From an uncultured Candidatus Saccharibacteria bacterium (lineage in GTDB: Bacteria > Patescibacteriota > Minisyncoccia > Phycocordibacterales > UBA9973): a DNA stretch of 64,000 nt. The notes beneath the pieces were generated by a model. That model was not told the DNA's origin and searched no databases. It saw only the letters and a program-made list of their open reading frames with translations. Positions 47,839 to 56,814 of this stretch are shown piece by piece (the stretch's first letter is position 1; every line of letters begins with the position of its first letter). The stretch covers positions 38,626 through 102,625 of the forward strand of contig CAZXCN010000001.1 of NCBI GenBank assembly GCA_964639185.1, given 5' to 3'. A program made the position numbers and the translations under genes.

Positions 47839-48065
47839 TTGTGGATAAGTTACTTATAAGTTAATAAAAAAATGTTTATAAGTGTTAATAAAAATAGAAT
47901 AAGTACACGGTTTAATAAAAAATGTATTTAAATAAAAATTAATTAACATTTCGATAATTTAAAAAACAATAATATACATTTATAAAATAAGGTTTAAAAA
48001 GTAATCCACATTATACAGACAGTAATAGTAATAATAATGTATTAATAGATAATATACACAATTAT
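47839..48065. promoter_or_regulatory. Candidate chromosomal origin (oriC): AT-rich dnaA-dnaN intergenic region with DnaA boxes
   Basis: Perfect DnaA box in reverse orientation TGTGGATAA at 47840-47848. Near-consensus TAATCCACA at 48002-48010. Additional TTATAAGT/ATATACACA-like boxes and a >85% AT tract. Canonical location next to dnaA/dnaN, diverging from rpmH. Confidence 0.6.
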
Positions 48066-49163
48066 ATGAATATAGAAACAACATTAGAAAAGATAAAGAA
48101 AGCATTGGTTATTGTAGAGAGAATGACTGGTAAGAATTTAACACTACCAGTACTAAATTCAATATTGATAATAGCTCGTGGTAATAACTTGATACTAAGA
48201 TCAACAAACCTTAGTATTGGTGCTGAGATATCAATACCTGTAAAAGTAATAAAAGAAGGTGTTGTCGCTGTAAAGGGTGATATCCTTAGCTCAATGTTTT
48301 CAAATATAAATACTGATAGTAATGTTGTTTTTATTCAACAAGATAATAATTTGAATATAAAAACAAAAAACAATAATATAACTCTCAAGACATTACCACA
48401 CGAAGACTTTCCAACACTACCTGTTGTGGAGGGGGAAACATGTGTAATACCAGCAAGTAAGTTAATCGAAGGTTTGAAATCTGTTTATTTTAGTGCATCT
48501 GTTTCTGATATTAAACCAGAGATAGGTAGTGTGTATATATACCCAGAAGACGATAATCTTGTCTTTGTTGCTACTGACTCATTTAGGCTTGCTGAGAAAA
48601 AGGTAAAAATAAAACAAAATTTAAATTTTAATGGAATATTAATACCATTTAAGAATACTATAGAATTAATAAGAGTTTTTGAAGGTGAGACAGATGATGT
48701 GAATATTGTTTTTAATAAAAACCAAGCATCTTTTACTGTAGGTAATATTTATATTACTTCTCGTGTTATCGACGGTGTATTCCCTGATTATAAACAGATA
48801 ATTCCAAAACAACCAACAACAGAGGTTGTAATTTTGAAACAAGATATAATTAATGCTTTAAAGGTAGCAAATGTTTTATCTGATAAATTTAATCAAATAA
48901 TATTTGAAATTAACCCAAAAGAGAAAAAGTTTGAAATAGAATCTAGGAATACAGATGTTGGAGAAAACATAACAATGGTTGCTGGTGCTTTGAAAGGGGA
49001 GGAGGTTACAGCATCTTTTAATTATCGATATATATTAGATTCATTTCAATCAATATCAGTAGACAGTGTTACTTTTGAGTTAACTGGTAGTAATAAAGCC
49101 ATGGTAATACGCCCTATAAGCGATAATACGTTCTTATACCTCATTATGCCTATGAATAGGTAA
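48066..49163 (+). CDS. dnaN: DNA polymerase III beta sliding clamp
   Basis: 365 aa, three-domain clamp, immediately downstream of dnaA. Terminal MPMNR-like C-terminus. Confidence 0.9.
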   Translation: MNIETTLEKIKKALVIVERMTGKNLTLPVLNSILIIARGNNLILRSTNLSIGAEISIPVKVIKEGVVAVKGDILSSMFSNINTDSNVVFIQQDNNLNIKTKNNNITLKTLPHEDFPTLPVVEGETCVIPASKLIEGLKSVYFSASVSDIKPEIGSVYIYPEDDNLVFVATDSFRLAEKKVKIKQNLNFNGILIPFKNTIELIRVFEGETDDVNIVFNKNQASFTVGNIYITSRVIDGVFPDYKQIIPKQPTTEVVILKQDIINALKVANVLSDKFNQIIFEINPKEKKFEIESRNTDVGENITMVAGALKGEEVTASFNYRYILDSFQSISVDSVTFELTGSNKAMVIRPISDNTFLYLIMPMNR

Positions 49164-49166
49164 TAT

Positions 49167-49427
49167 ATGGACTACAAGCCTATTTCAAGCTTTCTAGATA
49201 GGATAAAGAGTATTGTGTTGATATCAGATACACAGATTGATTTAATTCAAGTAATTCTGAAAAATTCAATAAAGAAAGAGATTCCAAAAGAAAAAATAAT
49301 TTTTAAAAAAGGAATTCTTAGTTTTGATAACCTAGGGCCTGTTTACAAGAGTGAGATATTTATAAATAAAAATAAAATATTAGAAAATGCCCGTATTCTA
49401 AATATTAATATTCTAGATATTAAATAA
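49167..49427 (+). CDS. Hypothetical small protein downstream of dnaN
   Basis: ORF only, 86 aa. Confidence 0.3.
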   Translation: MDYKPISSFLDRIKSIVLISDTQIDLIQVILKNSIKKEIPKEKIIFKKGILSFDNLGPVYKSEIFINKNKILENARILNINILDIK

Positions 49428-51959
49428 TTATTTTATTTGTAGTGTAATTTCTGTCTGACTAGAGCTACCGTATATATCATATGCAAGTGCTCGAATCTTG
49501 TTAACAGATGATACACCTTGAACTTCATTGGGTGTTATCGAGAATTTTCCAGAGGAAGATTTAAGAGATGTTATATATAAATTATTTATAAAAATATCTA
49601 TTTTTTGTATCGGTGAAGAACTATTTGTTGTGATTGTGATTATTTGTTCTTGGTTACCATCATAAACTACTGACTCATCTATACCCGATAGATAAACTAG
49701 GGGTTTATTGTTCTCTGTGTGAATTGAGTCGTAGCTTGTTGGTTTGTTTCCTTCTGTTATTGTTTTGTATTTATGTTTATTGTTTTCCCACCATTTTTGT
49801 ACACCATATTCCCATCTTTTGTATTGGGGATCACTTTCGGGGTTATTTGTTTTTCCACCTGTTGGGTTATTTTTGTCTAACCAATATAATATTGTATGAA
49901 CATTTGTTATAGATGTTTCTACTTTTGTTGCATCTGGAGTATTTTCTGTTGCAAGTTTACCTGACATTGAGTCTATTGTGAAAGTCTCACCTCCTTGCCA
50001 GAATCCTCGTAATATTGGTGGTAAATTCCTGTCTATGTATTCTGGTTTATTAAAGTTTCCAGCAGGATATGTCACAGAAGCTTCTTTTATTATTTGGTTC
50101 CATATTGGACCAGCCAATGCAGCACCACCCTTCTTCATTGGAGTATTGTCATTGTTACCAACCCAAGCACCAACAGTTATTGATGTTGTATAACCTATTG
50201 TCCAAGCATCTTTGTTGCTGTTTGTTGTACCTGTTTTAGCAGCAGAGTTTATGTCACCCGTATATAAGCTTGAGTGTGAACCAAAAGTAGGAACACGAGC
50301 TTGTTCGTCTGATAATATGTCTGATATTATTCTTGTTGTATTTGGGTCTAATACTATTGTTGGGTTCTCTTTGTATTCTTCTGTTTTTACACCATCTTTG
50401 TCTTCTACAGATAATATGCCTGTGTATGGTTGACGAATACCTTCTGTTGCAAAGACACCGTATGCTGATGTCATATCTAACAAACTTACTTCACCACCTC
50501 CTATAACAAGTGATAGTCCATAACGACTTGGGTCGTTCAGGCTTGTTACACCCATATCATGAGCGAGTTTAATGGAATCAGTAACACCTACTAAATATAG
50601 TAATTTTACAGCTATAACGTTTATTGATTGTGCTAATGCATCGCGTAGTGTCATTGGTCCACGAAAAGCATTGTCATAATTATTAGGCATGTAACAATTA
50701 TCCTTACTAGCACCACCAATAGGGTTACCTACAGCGTCACATGAATCTGAAAATTGTGTTTTTACATCAAAAAGCGTTGTTTTGTCTGTGTATCCATTCT
50801 TAAAAGCTAATGCATATACAAATGGTTTAAATGCTGAACCTGGTTGTCTTTGCGCTGTGACCACATTAAAATTACCTTCTATTTCTTTGTCGAAATAATT
50901 TCGTGAGCCAACCATAGACAGTATTTGTCCTGTCTTTGTTTCTATTACTACAGCAGCTGCATTTTTACCATTTGCATTTTTTGCATTTTCTTCTGCTTGT
51001 TTTGCTACTATTGCCTCGGCTTTTTCTTGTAGACTTGCGTCGAGTGTTGTTATAACTTTTAATCCACCTACATCGAGTGCTTCTGCACCATATTTATTTT
51101 CCAAATAATCTTTGATAAAAAATACAAAATGCGGAGCTTTTATATTTGTAGGTTGTTCTGGTAGAAATACAACTACTTCATTTACTGATTTTTGATACTC
51201 ATCGTTTGTTATATAACCTAGGTCGAACATTCTCTTTAATACTAAATTCTTTCTCTCATCTAATTGAGCTTTGTGTTTTTTGTACGGTGAATAATATGTC
51301 GGGCTATTTGGTATAGCGGCGAGGTACGCTGATTCCGCAATTGTTATGTCACGAGGCTCTTTACCAAAAAACATTCTTGCTCCTTCTTTTATTCCGTATA
51401 CTGTACCACCATACGGAGCCTCATTTAAATAAAGCCCCAATATTTCGTCTTTACTTATAATTCTTTCTAGTTTGATAGCCAGTATCCATTCCTTTATCTT
51501 TCTTGTTAGAGTTTTTTCTTGGGTTAGAAGAGTGTTCTTTATTAATTGTTGGGTTATGGTTGAACCACCACCAGCCTTTTGGTTACCTAGGAATCTTTGC
51601 CATAATGCACGGATTATTGATGTTATGCGGATACCTTTGTGATTATAGAATTCAGAATCTTCGATAGCTATAGTTGCATTTTTTATATTTGTACCCATGT
51701 CTTCAAAAGGGATGACAGTTCTACGCATATCTTTGTGTACATCGTATAGTAGTATTTCCCCAGTACGGTCGTATATTTTTGTCGAATTAGCCACCTTTCT
51801 TTCGGTAAATGATTTAAAATCAGGGAGTCTAAGGGTGCTTAATAGTATTATTACCAAGCCTAAAAAGACAGAAAATAGACCTGTTAATATTAATAGCCAA
51901 AACTTAATTTTTTTAGGCTTTGTATTTGATTTTGTATTTGGATTCATGTTATTTATCAT
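49428..51959 (-). CDS. Class A penicillin-binding protein (PBP1A-type bifunctional transglycosylase/transpeptidase) with extended C-terminal domain
   Basis: N-terminal TM, GT51 motifs (EDSEFYNHKGI, GGSTITQQL), transpeptidase SxxK (SAFKP), SxN and KTG(T) motifs. 843 aa. Confidence 0.9.
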   Translation of the reverse strand: MINNMNPNTKSNTKPKKIKFWLLILTGLFSVFLGLVIILLSTLRLPDFKSFTERKVANSTKIYDRTGEILLYDVHKDMRRTVIPFEDMGTNIKNATIAIEDSEFYNHKGIRITSIIRALWQRFLGNQKAGGGSTITQQLIKNTLLTQEKTLTRKIKEWILAIKLERIISKDEILGLYLNEAPYGGTVYGIKEGARMFFGKEPRDITIAESAYLAAIPNSPTYYSPYKKHKAQLDERKNLVLKRMFDLGYITNDEYQKSVNEVVVFLPEQPTNIKAPHFVFFIKDYLENKYGAEALDVGGLKVITTLDASLQEKAEAIVAKQAEENAKNANGKNAAAVVIETKTGQILSMVGSRNYFDKEIEGNFNVVTAQRQPGSAFKPFVYALAFKNGYTDKTTLFDVKTQFSDSCDAVGNPIGGASKDNCYMPNNYDNAFRGPMTLRDALAQSINVIAVKLLYLVGVTDSIKLAHDMGVTSLNDPSRYGLSLVIGGGEVSLLDMTSAYGVFATEGIRQPYTGILSVEDKDGVKTEEYKENPTIVLDPNTTRIISDILSDEQARVPTFGSHSSLYTGDINSAAKTGTTNSNKDAWTIGYTTSITVGAWVGNNDNTPMKKGGAALAGPIWNQIIKEASVTYPAGNFNKPEYIDRNLPPILRGFWQGGETFTIDSMSGKLATENTPDATKVETSITNVHTILYWLDKNNPTGGKTNNPESDPQYKRWEYGVQKWWENNKHKYKTITEGNKPTSYDSIHTENNKPLVYLSGIDESVVYDGNQEQIITITTNSSSPIQKIDIFINNLYITSLKSSSGKFSITPNEVQGVSSVNKIRALAYDIYGSSSQTEITLQIK

Positions 51960-52007
51960 ACCACAAATACCATATCAAAAAGGACAAGAAATACAAAATA
52001 TGTTAAA

Positions 52008-53219
52008 GTGGTTTATATGACAAAAGAGGAAATCAAAAATAATACTTTATTGACTAGAGGTGTTTCTGCTGTGTATCCAACAGCTAATTATGTTGCATCT
52101 AGGATCAATCGAGGGGAAAAACTTACAATATATTTAGGTATTGACCCTACTGGCCCAACGCTACATTTGGGGCATGTTATTGCACTACGCAAGCTTGGTG
52201 AATTCCAGCGTGCTGGGCACAAGGTCATAATGCTTTTGGGTGACTTTACTGCAATGATAGGTGATCCTACTGATAAAGGTGCTACTCGTAAACAGCTCAC
52301 TCATAAAGAAGTAATGAAGAATTTAAAGAATTACAAGAAGCAGGCTTCAAAAATTTTATCTTTCTCTGGTAAAAATAGTGCCAAGGTTATGTTCAACTCA
52401 AAGTGGTTGGGAAAAATGAAATTCGAAGATGTGTTGAATCTTGCTTCAAATATGACAGTAAGCCAAATGCTCGAACGTGATATGTTTGAAAAAAGAATAG
52501 AAGAAGGTAAGCCTGTATTTATACATGAATTCATGTACCCACTTATGCAAGGTTATGATAGTGTGGCTATGGACGTGGATGGTGAGATAGGTGGTAATGA
52601 TCAAACATTCAATATGCTTGCTGGACGTGATCTAATGAAGTCATTAAAAAACAAAGAAAAGTTTGTCATAACTATGAAGTTACTCGAAGACAACACTGGT
52701 AAAAAGATGGGTAAGACAGAAGGGAATATGATAGCCTTGTCTGATTCAATAACAGAAATGTTTGGCAAAGTTATGAGTTGGAATGATAACCTAATAATAC
52801 CGGGGTTTGAATTGTGTACAGATGTTCCTATGGAGGATGTTGCATCTATCGCTACAGACATCACTCGTGGAGCATTGAACCCTCGTGATGCAAAGATGCG
52901 CCTTGCTCGAGAAATAATAAAAATATTCTTTTCAGAAGAAAAAGCAAATAAAGTTCAAGAAGAATTTATAGCGACTTTTTCCAAAAAAGAAATTCCTGAT
53001 AATATCGACAATATAAATGTAGGGGCTGATGAGTTATTGATAGATATTTTTGTAAAAGAAAAATTAGTATCTTCTAGGAGTGATTTTCGTAGGTTGGTAG
53101 ATGAAGGTGCTATTACAAATCTAACAACTGATAAAAAGGTTTCTGACAATAATACAAAAGTAGACTCTGGTGTGTATAGAATAGGGAAGAAGAGATTTAT
53201 AAAAATAAATTTTAAATAA
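52008..53219 (+). CDS. tyrS: Tyrosine--tRNA ligase
   Basis: HIGH motif (PTGPTLHLGHV), KMSKS-type motif (KMGKTEG), and C-terminal S4 RNA-binding domain (SRSDFRRLVDEGAI). True start may be the Met at 52017. Confidence 0.9.
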   Translation: MVYMTKEEIKNNTLLTRGVSAVYPTANYVASRINRGEKLTIYLGIDPTGPTLHLGHVIALRKLGEFQRAGHKVIMLLGDFTAMIGDPTDKGATRKQLTHKEVMKNLKNYKKQASKILSFSGKNSAKVMFNSKWLGKMKFEDVLNLASNMTVSQMLERDMFEKRIEEGKPVFIHEFMYPLMQGYDSVAMDVDGEIGGNDQTFNMLAGRDLMKSLKNKEKFVITMKLLEDNTGKKMGKTEGNMIALSDSITEMFGKVMSWNDNLIIPGFELCTDVPMEDVASIATDITRGALNPRDAKMRLAREIIKIFFSEEKANKVQEEFIATFSKKEIPDNIDNINVGADELLIDIFVKEKLVSSRSDFRRLVDEGAITNLTTDKKVSDNNTKVDSGVYRIGKKRFIKINFK

Positions 53220-53222
53220 AAT

Positions 53223-53250
53223 TAAAACCCTCCATTTATGGAGGGTTTTA
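53223..53250. terminator. Bidirectional terminator hairpin (AAAACCCTCCA..TGGAGGGTTTT)
   Basis: Perfect inverted repeat with flanking A/T runs after tyrS and after the minus-strand ruvC-small ORF unit. Confidence 0.7.
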
Positions 53251-53254
53251 ATTT

Positions 53255-53431
53255 CTAGTACATATCGTCGGCAGCAAGATCGTCTTCTACAAGATCTTCT
53301 TCATCATCAGCAAGGATATCATCAGACAAATCATCTTCTAGTAAAGAATCACTTAAATTATCAGAAAATAAATCTAAATCATCTTCCATTGTATCTAAAT
53401 CATCTTTTATTTCATCGTCACTATAGCTCAT
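53255..53431 (-). CDS. Candidate small, extremely acidic protein (58 aa; MSYSDDEIKDDLDTMEDDLDLFSDNLSDSLLEDDLSDDILADDEEDLVEDDLAADDMY), not in the supplied ORF track
   Basis: My own translation of the minus strand. Open frame from ATG (rc of 53429-53431) to TAG (rc of 53255-53257). Strongly periodic D/E/L composition. Lies between ruvC and a terminator on the same strand. Confidence 0.3.
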   Translation of the reverse strand: MSYSDDEIKDDLDTMEDDLDLFSDNLSDSLLEDDLSDDILADDEEDLVEDDLAADDMY

Positions 53432-53529
53432 ATTTGGTATTTTAAATTTTAAAAAATAAGCGACCTATTAATATGCATTATTTGTATCAAAATCATAAAC
53501 TCTTTGCAATACAAGTAGATTGTGGAAAA

Positions 53530-54009
53530 CTATTTGAATTGCTCTATAGCATAGCATGTTAGGCCTATTGCTACAGCATCAAGCTCGTCATCTGACTCAG
53601 TGATCTTATCCATTTTGCATAATTTGGGCACCATCGACATGATCATTTCCTTTGTAGCCTTACCATAGCCTGTTATAGCAACCTTGATTTCACCAGGGGT
53701 ATATTCATATATGTCCAAGCCTGCACGGCTAGCCTCGTATAATATAACTCCTCGAGCTTCTGATACATTCATGGCAGTTTTTTGATTGTTGGTTATATAC
53801 AGCTTCTCTATTGCTAGGGCTTTTGGTTTATAGTTCTCTATTATGTTCCTTACTTCTTCCCCTAATAAAAATAATCTTTCATGAAATTTTATCTTAGGTG
53901 TTGTTTTGAAGCATTCGGAATAAACAACAACCTCCTTTCCAGTAAGGGGTTTTTCTATTATTGCTATGCCGAGCCTTTCAAAGCCAGGGTCTATTCCAAT
54001 GATTCTCAT
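53530..54009 (-). CDS. ruvC: Crossover junction endodeoxyribonuclease RuvC
   Basis: MRIIGIDPG... RNase H-like fold with catalytic acidic residues. 159 aa. Confidence 0.9.
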   Translation of the reverse strand: MRIIGIDPGFERLGIAIIEKPLTGKEVVVYSECFKTTPKIKFHERLFLLGEEVRNIIENYKPKALAIEKLYITNNQKTAMNVSEARGVILYEASRAGLDIYEYTPGEIKVAITGYGKATKEMIMSMVPKLCKMDKITESDDELDAVAIGLTCYAIEQFK

Positions 54010-54190
54010 GTATTTTTATTTAAAAAATTATTTCGTTTAAAAGCTCTTTTCAAAAAGCACGAATATTTTCCTGTTGGAAAATTTCTCTGCTCGTCGTTCA
54101 AGAAAATAATACTCACTTTGTTCGTTTATTTTCTAAACTCCTGCGCAAGTCTTTTCTCTAAGACTTTTAAACTTCATCATAGTTTTTATT

Positions 54191-55213
54191 TTATTTTTCA
54201 ATAAACTCGAAACCTAAATGCTCATATGCCTTCTTTGTTACAGTACGTCCACGAGGTGTGCGCTCGAGGAATCCGAGCTGTATTAGGTATGGCTCGATAA
54301 CTTCCTCTATAGTAGCCTCTTCCTCACTTGTAGCTGCGGCTATCGTCTTGAGTCCAACTGGTCCACCATTGAATTTATCTATCACTGTTGTTAACACGCG
54401 TCTGTCTGAAGATGTTAATCCATGTTCATCTATCTCAAGTAATGCCAATGCTTTCTTTACAGAATCTTTCGTCATATTTGTTTTGTGTACTTGAGCAAAA
54501 TCACGACAACGCTTTAGGAAATAATTTGCAGTACGTGGTGTGAATCGTGCACGCATTGCTATTTCATCCAAAGCTTCGTCCTCGAGTACGATACCTAGGA
54601 TTTTGGCAGAGCGACCTAATATTTTTTTTATTTCTTCATGAGTGTAGAATTCTAGGCGAAAGACTCCTCCTGAGAATCTGGATCGTAGTGGTGATGACAA
54701 TAATGCAATACGAGTGGTGGCTGCGATCATGGTAAATGGTGGTAACTCGAGTTGGATCGTTCTAGCTGATGGACCTTTACCGATAATAATATCAAGTACA
54801 CCGCTTTCCATTGCTGGGTAAAGAACTTCTTCTACCATTTTATTTAGTCTGTGTATCTCATCTATAAATACAATATCACCAGGGGAGAGGTTGGTCAGTA
54901 TCGATGCCAAGTCACCAACTTTTTCAATAGCAGGTCCGGAGGTTATTTTCATTTGGCGACCAGTGTCTTTGGCTATAAGGTGGGCCAAAGTAGTTTTACC
55001 AAGGCCTGGTGGCCCATAAAATAGTATATGTTCAGGAGGGTGATTGCGTTCGCTCGCCGCTTGTAGTAATATTCGCAAGTTTTCCTTTATATTATTTTGG
55101 CCAATATAATCATCCCAGATACTTGGTCGTAAAGTTTGGTCTAAAAATCCATCATCTTTTACAGATGTTTCTTCGGAATCGATATTTTCAGTGTTTTTAT
55201 TTAGGCTTGACAT
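54191..55213 (-). CDS. ruvB: Holliday junction branch migration ATPase RuvB
   Basis: AAA+ Walker [12 protein letters not shown], Walker B VFIDEIHR, sensor motifs, and winged-helix C-terminus. Confidence 0.95.
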   Translation of the reverse strand: MSSLNKNTENIDSEETSVKDDGFLDQTLRPSIWDDYIGQNNIKENLRILLQAASERNHPPEHILFYGPPGLGKTTLAHLIAKDTGRQMKITSGPAIEKVGDLASILTNLSPGDIVFIDEIHRLNKMVEEVLYPAMESGVLDIIIGKGPSARTIQLELPPFTMIAATTRIALLSSPLRSRFSGGVFRLEFYTHEEIKKILGRSAKILGIVLEDEALDEIAMRARFTPRTANYFLKRCRDFAQVHKTNMTKDSVKKALALLEIDEHGLTSSDRRVLTTVIDKFNGGPVGLKTIAAATSEEEATIEEVIEPYLIQLGFLERTPRGRTVTKKAYEHLGFEFIEK

Positions 55214-55478
55214 AAAAATTTTAATATGCTATACTCTTCTCAGATATGTTTTAACTGTTTATGTAAGAAGTATATCATTTCTTAATCAAAACTTCATATC
55301 AATGCAAAAGAGGACATGAATCTCTAAGCAATCAGCCCCTGGCTCTATATTTGTGCGTAGGACGTCCTGGTTTATTTTTAATATTACTGGGTCCATCCTG
55401 CAATCCTGTGTTACTTTAGTGGTCTTGTATCATTAAAGGATTGTTTAGAGATTTATGTCTTTTTTAATTTCTGTTAAT

Positions 55479-55508
55479 ACACCCATAATGTTTCGGGTGT
55501 ATTTTTTT
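55479..55508 (+). terminator. Plus-strand terminator hairpin (ACACCC..GGGTGT followed by T7)
   Basis: 6-bp GC-rich stem followed by TATTTTTTT. Implies a plus-strand transcript ending here although no CDS precedes it. See finding on candidate sRNA. Confidence 0.5.
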
Positions 55509-55537
55509 ATCCCTCAATAGCGACGGCCGTCGCTAAG
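55507..55537. repeat. GC-rich palindromic repeat, copy 1 (CAATAGCGACGGCCGTCGCTAAGTGATATTA)
   Basis: 18-bp perfect palindrome TAGCGACGGCCGTCGCTA. Related copies at 56140 and 56765 carry compensatory C/G swaps that preserve the palindrome. Confidence 0.85.
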
Positions 55538-55581
55538 TGATATTATGTTGTTATGTTTTTATCTCATGATATAGTAATAAT

Positions 55582-56121
55582 ATGGATAAAATAACAAATG
55601 GCGATGTTGAATTAAAATACCTTGATATAAATAGATATCAAGAACTTTTTGACCTTACAGATAAGAATCGTACTTATTTAAAGAAAACACTAGCTTGGTT
55701 GGACATAACTAAGACGGAAGAAGTTTCAAAAAAGTTTATTGAAACATCTCTAGAAAAACAAAAAAATGGTAGTGGAATAGCTTTTGAGATCTGGTACAAG
55801 GGTGAATTTGTTGGAATGATTGATTATCACGATATGGATAAAAGGAATAATATTGGTCGGATTGGTTATTGGTTGGATGAGGGTCATCAAGGTAAGGGTA
55901 TCATAACCGAAGCTTGTAAATTAATTATTAAATATGGTTTTGAAAAATTGAATTTAAATAGAATAGAGATAATTTGCGCGCTCCACAATCCAAGGAGTGG
56001 TGCTGTGGCACAAAGACTTGGATTTGTAAAAGAGGGGGTATTACGTAAATGGGCATTCATGTATGACCACTATGACGACATGGAATCTTGGAGCCTAATA
56101 AAAGGTGAAGAATCTTTCTAA
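55582..56121 (+). CDS. GNAT-family N-acetyltransferase (RimJ/RimL-like)
   Basis: Acetyl-CoA binding motif region QGKGIITEA...RIEI and overall RimJ/L-like layout. 179 aa. Confidence 0.8.
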   Translation: MDKITNGDVELKYLDINRYQELFDLTDKNRTYLKKTLAWLDITKTEEVSKKFIETSLEKQKNGSGIAFEIWYKGEFVGMIDYHDMDKRNNIGRIGYWLDEGHQGKGIITEACKLIIKYGFEKLNLNRIEIICALHNPRSGAVAQRLGFVKEGVLRKWAFMYDHYDDMESWSLIKGEESF

Positions 56122-56139
56122 TATTTATAATAATATATT

Positions 56140-56169
56140 AATAGCCACGGCCGTGGCTAAGTCATATTA
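56140..56169. repeat. GC-rich palindromic repeat, copy 2 (AATAGCCACGGCCGTGGCTAAGTCATATTA)
   Basis: 18-bp perfect palindrome TAGCCACGGCCGTGGCTA. Lies between the convergent GNAT and PaaX-like genes. Confidence 0.85.
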
Positions 56170-56188
56170 CAATAAGATATCATTTGTT

Positions 56189-56746
56189 TTAAAGATTGAA
56201 ATGTCTTTCTAGTCTTTCTCTATTTGTTAAGTCTTTTACTAATGCAAATTGGACGTATTTACCAATGTTCCAATAATTCGCTATGAAATCAATCTCTTTC
56301 TGGCAAGGGTATGGGTATACCCACACACTATCATTAAATTTTATAAAACCCATTTCTTTCATCTTGTTTCTCAGGGAATCTCTGGCGTTTCTTTTATTTT
56401 CTGGAATATCAAAGATTATCATTCTAAAATTCCTATCCCAAACCTTATCTTCTTTAATTTTAATTTCCTCATAATTAAATCTAAGAAATATTTTCTTGCC
56501 ATCTTCTGTTAAGGTAATCTTGTCTTCTTTTCCAATCTTTTCTATTTTAATTAATTTCTGCTTTCTTAGTTTATGAAAATACTGACTAACATTTTTAGGT
56601 TTTTTATCTTTAAAAATATCTTTTATAATTTCATTTGCAAACTTATAACTAACTCTTTTATTTGAGAGGGTAGCAAGTACCCCCAGACTCATACCCAGAG
56701 ATCTTATTATTTTTCCACTTGTTGATGACTTATCTATGTTTCTCAT
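56189..56746 (-). CDS. Short PaaX-family-like transcriptional regulator (winged helix plus PaaX WD...FD.PE...R..R..L...GF....SVWV.P motif)
   Basis: N-terminal wHTH-like region. Motif WDRNFRMIIFDIPENKRNARDSLRNKMKEMGFIKFNDSVWVYPYP matches the conserved PaaX core (WDG.W.L....VPE..R..RD.LR..L...GF..L..GVWV.P). 185 aa, shorter than E. coli PaaX. Confidence 0.5.
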   Translation of the reverse strand: MRNIDKSSTSGKIIRSLGMSLGVLATLSNKRVSYKFANEIIKDIFKDKKPKNVSQYFHKLRKQKLIKIEKIGKEDKITLTEDGKKIFLRFNYEEIKIKEDKVWDRNFRMIIFDIPENKRNARDSLRNKMKEMGFIKFNDSVWVYPYPCQKEIDFIANYWNIGKYVQFALVKDLTNRERLERHFNL

Positions 56747-56764
56747 CTGTATTTAATTATATCA

Positions 56765-56795
56765 CAATAGCCACGGCCGTGGCTAAGTCATATTA
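56765..56795. repeat. GC-rich palindromic repeat, copy 3 (CAATAGCCACGGCCGTGGCTAAGTCATATTA)
   Basis: Identical to copy 2 over 30 nt. Lies between the PaaX-like gene and the pilB/gspE stop. Confidence 0.85.
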
Positions 56796-56814
56796 ATTAT
56801 TTTAATTAGATGTT

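Noticed and set aside
54010-54190. Possible ruvA between ruvC and ruvB (ORF 53881-54204 on plus strand)
   Set aside because: The 181-nt spacer is too short for RuvA. The overlapping 107-aa plus-strand ORF has F/K/L-rich shadow-frame composition and partly overlaps ruvC antisense. No RuvA motifs are present. ruvA is presumably elsewhere.
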